NCBI RefSeq assembly: GCF_006345805.1
Contig: NC_043003.1
Location: 30,876,001 to 30,940,000, forward strand
Reading direction: 5' to 3'
Source: Octopus sinensis
Taxonomy: Eukaryota
DNA length: 64,000 nt
The notes below the pieces were generated by a model that had not been told where the DNA came from, ran no database searches, and worked only from the letters and a program-made list of their open reading frames with translations. Made by a program: the position numbers and the translations under genes. Positions 38,398 through 50,835 of the stretch are shown one piece after another (within the stretch, counting starts at the first letter, position 1; each line of letters begins with the position of its first letter).

Positions 38398-40030
38398 TAA
38401 TAATAATAATAATAATAACAATAAGAATAATAGTGTTTCTTATATACATGAAAGCTTTGTATAATTTTGACTTAATACCCTATTTAGAAAACCATCAGCT
38501 TTCTTATAAAAGTCTTGAATTATTGGATAGCATGTTCAGAGTCTACATTCTTTTGATTAAAATACACTGGCTGTTTACTTGATCAATATTGACCAACCAT
38601 TTAACTCTCTTCCATCATCTGATGTCTTTCTGAACTAGCCTCTTTGACATGTTGGTGGGGCTGGTATCATCACTGTTTTACTTCTTGTGAGAACAACAAC
38701 TGTCAATAAGTACTGCTGAAGAGAACAGGGTGGGTTGGTTTGCTTCTAAATTTCCATGCATTTCTGTGGAAGAGACTGGATACTTCCTCCAGTTTCTTGG
38801 ATATCATAATCACATGTATGAACATTTATTTAAAATAAGTATGTGTGTGTGAGAGAGAGATTTTGAATATTTTTTTACTCTTTGTATATAATTTAATAAA
38901 CACATACACACACTCTGTCTGTCGCTCTGCTGAAATCAGGGAATTATGTAGTGAACTCCTTAATCACACAGTTATGCCTGTATCTCTAATGGAATGGCTG
39001 TATAATGTATTTAGAAATAGTACAGTATTTGAGAACTCTTGGTGTTTTATCTATTTGGCTAACATGCTTCTCAAAGTATGTAATTATGTGACTAAATGTA
39101 TAATTAAAACTGTGTACTGTCAAATCTGTGACTTTGTGACATCAACCCAAATAAGTGGAAACGGCTCCCAAAACAATCAAGGTTATATCATAAAGACATG
39201 TGTAGGTGAGAATAGCTTGTCTACTAAAGTAAATATTTTAAATATTTCCATTTATAATTATGAACATGAAAAAGGTATTGAAGAAAGGACGATAGGCAGT
39301 TTGTTATTGTTGTTGCTTATGATTAAAGACATTCTGACCGTGAAAATAGCAGTGTTATTTTGGACTACATTATCCAAGGCATCATTTAACTTCAAAGCTT
39401 GTGGAGAAACGTGGTATTTATTTAAAAGATAGCTAGAGTTTATTTATCAAACCCTCCTCCTCCTCTTCCTCATCATCAATTTTTCCATGCTTGCATGGGT
39501 CAGATGGAATTTGTTGAGAGTTTTTCTGTGGTTGGATACCTTTCCTGTCACCAACTGTTATCTGTTTTTGATCAAGGTAATATTTCCCCATAACCAGACA
39601 TGTTTTTCTCCAAATTATTGGAAATGAATGATTCATTCCTAAGAAGATGAATACTTAGTTGATCGTGCATTACAGTTGAACATAAAAGTAACAAATCCAC
39701 ATGGTTGTCTTTGCTCCCGAGAACATGAATGACAATGCTGCTTGTTTACAACCGTTGTCATGTCGGGGAAAGGGTACACATGCACACATGCAAGCATGTG
39801 CACACAAACACACACACTCACATGCATGTGTGCAACAGGCTCGTTCCAGTTTCTTTCTACCAGATCCACTCACAACAAACTCACAAGGTTTTTGTTAGCC
39901 CAGAGCTATAGTAGGAAACACTTGCCCAAGTTGCTGCTCTGTGGGACTGGACCTAAAACTACATGGTTAGGAAGAAGCTTCTTAACCACATTCCCATGCC
40001 TGTACCTAATGTTTCAAAATTATAAATAGG

Positions 40031-40442
40031 TGCAGGAGTGGCTGTGTGGTATGTAGCTTGCTTGCCAACCACATGGTTCCGGGTTCAGTCCCACTGCGTG
40101 GCATCTTGGGCAAGTGTCTTCTGCTATAGCTCCGGGCCGACCAATGCCTTGTGAGTGGATTTGGTAGACGGAAATTGAAAGAAGCCTGTCGTATATATGT
40201 GTGTGTGTGTATATATATATATGTATGTGTGTGTATATGTTTGTGTGTCTGTATTTGTCCCCCTAGCATTGCTTGACAACCGATGCTGGTCTGTTTATGT
40301 TCCCGTCTCTTAACGGTTCTGCAGAGGTGACAGATAGAATAAGTACTGGGCTTGCAGGGAGTAGGTCCCAGGGTCGATTTGCTCGAGTAAAGGCGGTGCT
40401 CCAGCATGGCCGCAGCCAAATGACTAAAACAAGTAAAAGAGA
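40031..40442 (+). mobile_element. SINE family A, young full-length copy
   Basis: Near-identical to 41159-41545 and 44636-45037; CpGs retained. Confidence 0.9.
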
Positions 40443-40622
40443 AATATTTAAAATATGATTTTGCTGTGTCTAGGGAGAGTCATTATGCCAATATTATTTA
40501 CACATACACTGGCACAATTCCACTGCTTTATTATTAGACAATTGGTTAAATATCCAACTAACTAATTGATTGTTTGTTTAATTTGTTTGGTTAAATAGAT
40601 TTTGTTTTTGTCCTTTTTTTTT

Positions 40623-40937
40623 GTCAAAACTTTTTCGTTGCTATTTGCGAACTTTTCAATGACTTTTCTCTTAGTCTGTTACAGAGGCCACGTTTGTCTG
40701 AGACCTTGTTGCATGTGTGTGTGTGTGTGTGTGTGCATGTGCTTGGACATGTATGTATGTACGTATATATATATGTCTATGTATGTATGCATTCTTAAGC
40801 ATGTGTGCATTCCTCTTTGTGTGTGTACACTTTTGTTTCCGTGTGCATGTGTGCTTATGTGTGTCTGTGCATGTGAATTTGTGTATATGTTCAGACACAG
40901 ACAGGCATATACATATCAAGCACCTGAACATGCTGGC

Positions 40938-40972
<35 letters not shown>

Positions 40973-41062
40973 CAAGGTTTTCAGACAGACAAATGTGGCC
41001 TTCATAACAGACTAAGAGAAAAGTCATTGAAAAGGTTGCAAATAGCTATGAAAGAACTTTGC
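40623..41062. repeat. Foldback / MITE-like long inverted repeat
   Basis: Arms of about 110 bp, including a perfect 30 bp match (40652-40681 vs 41005-41034) and (TG)n/(CA)n. No clear TSD. Confidence 0.8.
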
Positions 41063-41158
41063 CCCCCCCCTTCCCTCCAAAAACTGATGTACTATTTTAC
41101 CAAGTTAAACAACAGGTCAATTAGTTATATATTTAACCAATTCACTAATAATAAAGTA

Positions 41159-41545
41159 GGAGTGGCTGTGTGGTAAGTAGCTTGTTTACCAACCACATGG
41201 TTCCGGGTTCAGTCCCACTGCGTGGCACCTTCGGCAAGTGTCTTCTACTATAGCCTCGGGCTGACCAAAGCCTTGTGAGTAGATTTGGTAGACGGAAACT
41301 GAAAAGAAACCCGTTGTATATATGTATATATATATATGCGTTTATGTGTCTGTATTTGTCCCCCTAGCATTGCTTGACAACCGATGGTGGTGTGTTTACG
41401 TCCCCGTCACTTAGCAGTTCGGCAAAAGAGACCGATAGAATAAGCACTGGGCTTACAAAAGAATAAGTCCCGGGATCAAGTTGCTCGATTAAAGGCGGTG
41501 CTCCAGCATGGCCGCAGTCAAATGACTGAAACAAGTAAAAGAGTA
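41159..41545 (+). mobile_element. SINE family A, young full-length copy
   Basis: All modules intact. Confidence 0.9.
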
Positions 41546-44500
41546 GGATTGAACAAAATTTGTTTCAATACAGGAATTTGCATAAAGAATCTTGCAAACC
41601 AGATATAAAAATGTATTGAATTTAAAACATGACTTTAATTGATCCCCTCCTGTGGTCTCATGGTTCTTTACTAGAGTAACATAACTTTGGTAGATTTTTG
41701 ACTTGTGTTGTCCTATATCACTGAGCCACAAAACTGACAATTTCAGTTATAATAACAGTTTTAGTTACATAGCAAACAAATTGAGAGATATGTGGACTTT
41801 GGTTAAAGTATAAAATGTTCTTCTAGTTGAAAGGCTGCCTTACACATTGAACTTGAGCAATGTGAAATAATATTAACTTAATTTAAAGAATATTATTTTG
41901 TCGGAATGTGGTAACCCTGTCCACATTTCTGTTAGATGTCTATCATTAAAATAAAAACTTTTTCTAATGATATAAGATGCTATTGAAATTTGCATAACCA
42001 TCTAACATAAATATCAATTTATGTTATGTTTAATCTACCACTTCTTACTAGATGGTTAGTGTATTATATTAGTATATATTACTAGTGTATTATATTATTA
42101 TATATTATTAGTAGTGTTGCATTGCCAAAAACTGTGTCTTTAGATTTGCTTTCATTACATTCCTATGATAACAGTTATTAATTTTTAGATTTTCCTTTGA
42201 CAGAGAGATTGACTATAAACATTACATGAGCCAGTATGTGTAGTTCATGTATTTTTTGCTGACTGAGTATAAAAAATTGGTGAAGTGTTAGCTATCTCAG
42301 CCAAACAAGATTTTGGGTTCTGAAGAAGCTTAGAGCTTATCCCAGTTTTTATAGCATCAAATAGCTGAGAAACATTGCCTTACTAGATAAGAAGAAAATG
42401 ATTTACAGGCTTTACTTATAGAAAGTAATGAGCTTGGATTGTAAAATTTACAGAACACTTATTTGCATAATTACACAGTGTGCCATTCTTGACAGTAGTG
42501 AGTTTCACTTTCCTGTTAAGTGGATTAGGCCATTGTGCGTTGATTTTTTTTTCTTTAGGATTCAACACAATATTGGTGATAAGGACTGATCTTTCAGTTG
42601 GTTACTCAGTACTGCAATGACTCATCTAATTGTAGCCCCCAATGACAAAATCTGTTAGTATATAAGCATGTGGTTATTCTGGTTATTCTGGTTATAAAAG
42701 AGAAAAAAAAAAGATCTTTAAAATAGTGCATTGAATGGTGTCAAAATATTTAATTTTGGTTATATTTTATTGAAGGTTGGGCCTAACCTTGAATAACATT
42801 AATATATTCTTTTGGATGACAATCTTACATCAAAAATATTATATTAACTCAGCTGATCAAGTCAATAAAGCAGTCAGCTTATTGGTTGTAGGGTTGATGG
42901 TTTGTATACTGTCACCAGTGTTAGAACTGTGTCTCTGGTGGCAAAATTTTCATATTTATTAATGCTCCAGTCTGCCTAGTTCTATGTAAGTACTACAAGT
43001 AAGTAAAATTCAGCACTATGGTTTTGGAAGCATCATATAATTGCCCAGTGTTTTGTTTGCTTACTGTGTCAAAGCCAGTCACTCTCAGGCTTGATGAAGG
43101 GTATGTGAAATCACACCTTTGAATTATTACATTTTAACATTATGAGTAAAGGAATACTAGAACTGGAAGTGAGAACTATTTATATGTTTTCCAAATAGAA
43201 AATACTTGGTCCCATAGAATATTTGAGCCTTCATTGGATGGAGAATAAAGGTGAATTGTTATAGTTTGTGCTATTGGTATTTAGTTTGTTGTTGATGAAG
43301 AAATGTGATTGGAATGGAAGTTTTTGAGAAGGACAGGACACAAGATCTGAGAAATATTGGAAGCCAAGGTATGGAGTGAATTAAGTCGGTTTAAATGTGG
43401 GTAGGAAATATAATTTCAGAACTTTTTATAACAGCATTAAAAGTCACTAGGAGATATACCTCAATTTTAGGGGAAAATGTGTTTAAAATGAAAGTACATC
43501 GTTGGAGAGGGACTGAAATCTTACTGGTTAGAAAATAATTGATAATGAAACAGTAACTATAACTTGCCGTATTTCATATTTGACTTTGATTTCAGTTCTA
43601 GTGGGAGGCTATAAAAATCTATTGAAGCCTTTTGAGAAATACAAATTTTTAGTGTTTATCACAACTTCCCAGTCTGTATGATCCTGCAGCATGATTGTAT
43701 GTGATATTTTTTTTGTCCTTTCCAGTTGAATGTGAAAGAGGGAGAATGACCTCTTTGTGCTTCTACTGATTTAAAAAAAAACAAAAGAACTCTAAAGTTC
43801 AATAAAATGCAGTGATGTCTACCCCTGGCCCATAAGAAAATTTGTGCTCTGTACTCAAGCTAATTGATCACTCATTAGTTATGCATTGCTTTCACTAAGT
43901 GTGGCAGTAAGCCGTTCCTGTTTATAGCAATCAGATTGATCCAGAAAGTGAGACCTATATGGACTGGATATGAATTGTTGACTCTTTAAGAGAATTAAAT
44001 TGTTCTGCTACTGTTGTCATGTGTAAAATCATGCAAAATTATCTTGTTGGGGACCAAATATATTTAGTTTTAAAACTTTTACTACTGTTATTATTAAAGA
44101 ACCATGTGAGTGAAAGATAAATGACTGTGCTAGGAATACTGGGGGGCTAACACTGTTGTGTGGTGCTTACAATTTACTCTATCCAAAGAGTGAATTGTAA
44201 ATGTTGAAAGAATAGATGATCTCAAATTGTTTTTTTTTTTAATCATTCTTTTAAATTTTCATAAATGCTTTCATTAGAGAGTTTAATGTTAGAACACCTG
44301 TTTTTATTTCAGTTTAAAATGTGTTTCTAGATTCTTTGTTTTGTTTTCATAAGTAATTGTAATAATACTGCCTCTCCTAATAGGCAACCAAATGTAATTG
44401 ATTATTTTTTGTTAACTTGATGTCGAAGAATAATTTAATTAGTTACTAGGAAAATCAGCTTTGTTAGCTGTAAATAATAGGAATAGAAATTTTCATAAGT

Positions 44501-44635
44501 ATCCAAAACATTTTATTCCAACTGTAAAAATTTTATTGCATTTTTACTTTTTTTATGAAAGCTTTTGTGGAGTATTGTTAAAAAGATCATGTGCAGTATT
44601 TTTTTCTTGTTTGTTAAAATTTGTTCCTATATACG

Positions 44636-45037
44636 TGCAGGAGTGGCTGTGTGGTAAGTAGCTTGCTAACCAACCACATGGTTCCGGGTTCAGTCCCACT
44701 GCGTGGCATCTTGGGCAAGTGTCTTCTGCTATAGCCCCGGGCCGACCAATGCCTTGTGAGTGGATTTGGTAGACGGAAACTGAAAGAAGCCTGTCGTATA
44801 TATGTATATATATATGTATGTGTGTGTTTGTGTGTCTGTGTTTGTCCCCCTAGCATTGTTTGACAACCGATGCTGGTGTGTTTACGTCCCCGTCACTTAG
44901 CGGTTTGGCAAAAGAGACTGATAGAATAAGTACTGGGCTTACAAAGAATAAGTGCCAGGGTCGATTTGCTCGACTAAAGGCGGTGCTCTAGCATGGCCGC
45001 AGTCAAATGACTGAAACAAGTAAAAGAGTAAAAGAGT
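44636..45037 (+). mobile_element. SINE family A, young full-length copy
   Basis: All modules intact; (GTAAAAGA)n tail. Confidence 0.9.
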
Positions 45038-46649
45038 ATATCAAATGTATATTTTATATTATAATATCTGCTACATTAATTAGCAGTTGATTATATGATA
45101 TACAGTCATTATAGTAAGCCATTTACTTTAATAATGTTATGGACTGAACTTTACTGATTCAATATGGTTGATATATCTGTGACTTCTAAATTCAGACCAG
45201 CTAAAAAAACAGACTAAAAAAATGATCACTTGGGATGAAATATTAAATACACAGGCAGAATTCTGGAATTTAGGCTTTGTGTTCTTACTGTTCTAATATT
45301 TATTGTAGTAGATTCAAATTATAAAGTTCTACTTTTTTTTTTACAATACCAGTTATATATAACTGGATATAATTACATTTATGAAGTTGTATTGCAAGAT
45401 TCCTGGTGTAATTCATTGTATTATTTCTTTTGATATCAACCAGTTGAGACCACCCCTGGATCTATGATAGACACTTCCTGTTTTAAAGTAGTTTAAGTTA
45501 AAACCATTCATGAAAAGTTTGTGTTAATATACTTTCCAAGCACCCATTTAATAACAACAAAAATTATTTTACTAAATAGTTTATTATTTTCAAAATTAAT
45601 TGAAACAAAGAAAGAAATATGGTTAAGAAAAAGGGTTAATACTGTTATTGTTTTAAACTTTGAATCATGGTATCTACAGCTGTGGAATTTAACTGAAGAA
45701 CAGGAAAAACCAGAACTAGACCCTTATACCACTTTGAATATTAATTATAACAATGATGCACTACTACCAACCATTTCATTGTTTGATAAGAGTTTAAGAA
45801 AATTTATTTGTAGGTTATTATTAGTATTTAGCAAAAACTTAGTAAGATGAAAAATACAGTTGATTCAGATCGGTTTTGACTTGTGGAGCAGTAAGTAACC
45901 AAAATAGTTATTTTAATCCTTATAAACCCACCTTTGTGATCAGAAATTTCCAAGAACACTCCTGTCCATGAAGAAGACCATATTCTTCGGCTTGACCATC
46001 TATAGGCCAACATATGTGGGAAAAGTATGGACAGCAGTTGAATTCTAGAGGATTGCAGTTCTGGAGATGGAAGACTGGACAAAGTGTTCCTTGAGATACA
46101 GTAAGGATAATCAGAAGAGAAGACCTGAACGACCTGGTAATAGGTGGTGTGTAACTCAGTAATTCAGAAAAGCAGAGGCTAATATAGTATTATTAGAAGA
46201 ATCAAAGTGAGGAAAGTATGTCTTTTTGAGTTACAGGTTGTGGTATTGCTAAATATGATCTAGGATATGTGTTTAGCAGTATTGTCCCATACAAGGTGGT
46301 TGTACTTGAGTTGTACTGCTTTGTCGGTAATATGATCTGACAGTTTGGTGTTACTTCTGCAGTTGATGATTTTTTTTTTTATGGGAACAATTTTACTAAT
46401 TCATTACTAGATTGGAATACGGTATAAACATCACAACCACCCAAGGGGTTTCCCTATCTGGTTCTCTTACAATATATATGTTTAAGAAATTATTTTGCTG
46501 ATTGAGAAAATTAGGTCACAGTTACTTTCTCTTCAATGAATATTAGCCTCATGCTGTCATAGGGAATTTCACCATTATAATTTTGTTATTAGGGTTGTTA
46601 AGTTGACTAAGATGGTACAAATTCAAAATAGATATTTTATGTTCTTTAG

Positions 46650-46881
46650 CTTGGCGCTTCTTCCTGAATTCAAATCCCACCTGATAGACTAAATAAATGT
46701 ATTGTGGTCATTTCAAGACTATACTTCCTCCCTAACCAACCATAAGAAAAATGAGCTGGACTTGGACCTATGCTTTTTTTTTCTTTGCTTGGTGGGTCTG
46801 GAGGAAGGGGCAGTGCCCATAACCTATCAGGCTCTCCAACACCAGTGAGATTAATGTCATTCATGTTTCTCATGAACCTTG
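46650..46881 (+). other. Candidate 5' UTR exon (uORF-containing) of the PP2C gene
   Basis: Donor TTG|GTAAGT at 46882, 254 nt before the 47136 acceptor; possible acceptor TTTTATGTTCTTTAG at 46649. The left boundary is uncertain. Confidence 0.3.
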
Positions 46882-47135
46882 GTAAGTCAATACCAGAAAC
46901 CAGAACTGTTTATGAATCACTGTAGAATTTATGAGAAAGCTAATATTGAAAAAAAAAAAAAAACCCAACTGAAAATGGAAGCTAAAAGCAAAGTAATACA
47001 AGTAGACAGCAGCTGATAGAGATAATATTTCATAATAATAATAGGCAACAACAATTGTTAACCTAAGATGATTCAAGTCATTATTAATGAAGCTTTATGT
47101 TGCCACAATGCTCTAATTTCCATTTCATATTGCAG

Positions 47136-47212
47136 CTTGATGCTGACAATCAAAACAATATCTATAACTTCCACAACTGTTTGTTCTCTTGTTCTCACTT
47201 CCATTTGGGCTG
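47136..47212 (+). CDS. Probable upstream exon of the PP2C gene (5' UTR and/or N-terminal extension)
   Basis: Acceptor TTTCCATTTCATATTGCAG, donor CTG|GTAAGT. ATG at 47140 gives MLTIKTISITSTTVCSLVLTSIWA plus 1 nt, in frame with the 52379 ATG through either acceptor. Confidence 0.55.
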
Positions 47213-47589
47213 GTAAGTAGAGAACAACCATTTATATTTTCTCTGTTAACTTTGTGGGGAAGTTAAATGGAAAGCAAATATATGGATAATAAGTTGAGAT
47301 AAGCTGTAGTAAATCTTAGTGTTCCACAATAGCAGTGAGGAGCATAAGTAGACCATGGGAGCCTTTCGTTCCTGTGTAATAAGGTCTGTTTAACAGAAAT
47401 GATGTTGGGGGTAGGGGACAGTGTTATTGTCATTCATATTACTTAGAGATTGAAATATTTATTCCAGTATGTTACTGGTGCTAATTGTTATTTATCTTTG
47501 AGGGATGAAAATCCTGCTTGAATTACCAATAGTTGAACTCATGAATCTTAAATGCATTTGCCTACATTTTTATCATCATCGTTATTATT

Positions 47590-48015
47590 ATTCTAAATTC
47601 TCCAGAGCTATTTATGTCACATCTCAGCTCCATTCTGCAGCTTAGAAACGCAAAACATTTTTCTCAATGCATGAGTTGTTCCAAATATTGCTGCCAATTG
47701 AGTACTTCCCATAAAGTCTGGTATTTACAGCTTTGTATGCCTGAATATTGTTTTCTTTGAGATGGCCTGAAGTACGCCAATCACAATAGGTACCACACTC
47801 ACTTTTGGAGGCTCTGAGGATGCGTTTCGCTTCCAATGCAAGATCTTCATATTTCCCAGCCTTATTGTTCTCTGCCTTTGCAATATTCTGGTCTGCAGGT
47901 GTAGCTACACTGATGTAGGTCCATCCTTTGGGCCCCTTCCATAGGAGAGTGATATCTGGTCAGTCATGTAGCGGCTTTTTATTTGTGTTGATTGGCACAT
48001 ATGTGATCATTCTCT
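47590..48015 (-). mobile_element. R4/Dong-like non-LTR fragment, restriction-like endonuclease domain and 3' end
   Basis: H D * P D I T L ... V A T P A D Q N ... K Y E D L A L E, then a frameshifted VVPIVIG...GTTHALRK. It ends at an (AAT)n run. Confidence 0.75.
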
Positions 48016-48499
48016 GCTACAGGCAAAAGTTAGTATGACCATTCTAGCTCATACCTCTAGCTTATCATCATCATCATAATATGTTTGTTTTTCATGCCAA
48101 CATGGATCAGAGAGGTCATCATGGTTGGAATCAGCACATATTTGCAAGTATTTCTCAACTAGATGGGTCAAGGGATCTCATCTCATTCGCATTTCATTTT
48201 TGGTTTGGCTTCTATTGCTGTATACCCTTCCTAAATATCAGCCACTTCACAGAGTGTACTGGATGCTTGTTTTCTTGATAGCCAGCATTAGGGAGGTGTC
48301 ATGTCTTCAGCAAGATTCACACTTTTATAACATGAACTAGGTGCATTTTTTGTGATGCTAGCACAGAAGGGGGAGCCATGACTTTGATGTGATTAAAAGC
48401 AACATCACTTGCCAGTCTCTTTACAGAGTGAGAAACATGAATGCTCAAAGCATGAAAGAATGAATAATAGTAGTTGAACTACCAATGCTGTGCTTTCTG

Positions 48500-49248
48500 C
48501 TGGTTTGGTATTATGGGTCAAAAGTGAATATTGTTTCAGTTTCATTCTTTCACTAAGTTCAAGGTATATAAAAATACACATTTATTATTCAATTACCAGT
48601 TAATAATTGCCACAGCAGTTGCAAGGTATTTACAGTTACATATTGACCCTTAAATTAACATTTAATACATGTACTTAATATATATGTATTAATAAATTTA
48701 TCTATAATAATTATTGTGGCTTTTACCGTTAAATTAGCAGTTCATACACGTACTTCTATTTGGTTAACCTATAAAATTCTTTGTCTCTCTGTCTGTTCCC
48801 AATGCATTCTCAAACAGCTCCACCAAATAAAATCAAATTTTACAAGGTAATAGTATCACACCCCACGAGTGTCAACATATAATTTTTTGTTCATTTCCAT
48901 GTAAACAATATAACATTTTATAGAGATAATCTTTCTATAGTCAAATATAGTAAAGGACATTTTATACCATGATGATGATGACAACATCACATTTTGTATA
49001 TGAGTATATATGTGTCTGTCAGTGTATGTATATGTGTGTGTGTATGTACAGACCACATACAAATTTGTTCTCCACCACTCCTGGAGCTGCTTTCAGATAC
49101 GATCCATCCCATTCTTATAAGAATTATAATTCTATCCAAATTGGTGTGCTAAACTCAAATTTTCGTTTCTGCTTCAACATAACTGTAATATATATATATA
49201 TATATATAAAAACTATGCCATTTTAATCCCGGGTATCTCTGCTAGTAT
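48500..49248 (+). mobile_element. Helitron-like non-autonomous repeat, copy A (3' part)
   Basis: About 500 bp direct match to 49860-50420; ends CCCGGGTATCTCTGCTAGT, a CTAG 3' terminus. Confidence 0.45.
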
Positions 49249-49649
49249 ATGTATACATATATTGTTGGGCGATATGATATGATTGAGAAGACCTGTTGAG
49301 TCAAGTAACATTGAAATTGTAGCTGTGGCCAGTACTGCCTGACTGGCTTCCATGCTAGTGACATGTAAAATGTACCATCCAAACATGGTTGATGCCAGTG
49401 CCCACCCTCAACTGGCTCCTGTGCTGGTAGCACATAAAAAAAAAACATCTGTATGTGGTCAGTGCTAGTGCCTCCTGACTGGCTTCCATGTTGATGGCAT
49501 GTAAAAAGCACCGACTACACACTTGGAGAGGTTGGCATTAGGAAGGGCACTCAGCTGTAGAAACATTGCCAGATCAGACTGAAGCCTGGTGCAACCCACT
49601 GGCTTGCCAGACCTCAGTCAAACCATCCAACCCATGCCAGTATGGAAAG

Positions 49650-50835
49650 TGATGATGATAAAACTGAGAATGTGTGTGCGTGTGTCTGTATGTATGTGTG
49701 AATCCCTAAAACTTGAGAACTATCCAACCGATCTCATTCAAATTTTACACGTGCATTACTTTGGGTCCATAGAGTGTCATGGGCTAAAAGAAGTTTCAAC
49801 TCCTTGCCTAATGTGGGCCTGGTGCAATCTTTTAGACTTGGTTTGGTATTACAGGTCATAAGTGAATATTGTTTCACTTTTAATTCTAATGTGATAAGAC
49901 GATAATATTGTTTCAGTTTTATTACGTGTCAAAAGTGATTGTTTCACTTTTATTGTTTCACTTTTAATTCTAATATGATAACTCTAATTCCAACGTATAT
50001 AATAATACACACTTACCACTCAATTACCAGTTAATAATTATTGCAGCAGTTGCAAGGTATTAACAGTTACAAGGTATTAAGTTACATATTAACCCTTAAA
50101 TTAACATTTAATACATGTGCTTAATATATGTATATTAATAAATTTATCTATAATAATTATTGTGGCATTTACCATTAAATTAGCAGTTCTATTTGGTTAA
50201 TCTCTATATATATCAAATGGTTCCACCAAATAAAATCAAATTTTACAAGGTAATAGTATCATACCCCACCAGTGTCAACATGTAATTTTTTTTCCATTTC
50301 AATTAAAACAATATATTTTATGAGAGATAATCTTCATATAATAGTCAAATATAGTATGGGACATTTTATATCATGTTAATGACATCACATTTTGTGTATG
50401 AGTATGTATGTGTCTGTCTGTATGTGTGTGTGTATGTGTCTGTCAGTGTGTGTGTGTTTCTGCATTTGACGACATTACATTTTGTATATGAGTGTCTATG
50501 TGTCTGTGAGTGTATGTGTGTTTTTCCATGTTAGGGGTGTCATTCAACACACACATCTACACATACATAAACATGTGTGCCGTCTAACGTGTGAATAAAT
50601 GTGTCTCTCTATTACTATATAGTATTACACCCCATATATGACTGTCAATATGTAATTTTTTTCATATCTATTAATACAATGTAACATTTCATAGGCATAA
50701 TCTTTCTATAGTTAACTATAGTACAGGGACATTTTATATGAGTGTGTGTGTCTGTGTATTTGTGCATTTGATACGTACGAGATAGTAAAGGACATTTTAT
50801 ACCATGACAACGATGTCACATTTTGTATATGGGTG
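49650..50835 (+). mobile_element. Helitron-like non-autonomous repeat, copy B with internal tandem sub-repeats
   Basis: Begins with a TGTCTGTATG microsatellite and AACCGATCTCATTCAAATTTT; the GGACATTTTATA..CACATTTTGT module recurs several times. Confidence 0.45.

Noticed and set aside
38845-39432. 195 aa ORF in non-microsatellite sequence
   Set aside because: It has no recognisable domain, starts in a TG/AG repeat and includes an antisense SINE-head remnant, and no splice structure links it to a gene. A BLAST or Ribo-seq hit would change this.
45945-46140. Open frames resembling a host exon
   Set aside because: IYRPTYVGKVWT...RIAVLEM looks like a decayed RTE reverse-transcriptase C-terminus, not a host gene; similar relics lie near 16140-16330 and 34000-34320.
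46670-46873. Protein-like minus-strand ORF (GVGEPDRLWALPLPPDP...)
   Set aside because: It has no flanking splice sites on that strand and no recognisable family; it is better explained as antisense to a candidate UTR exon or as decayed repeat.
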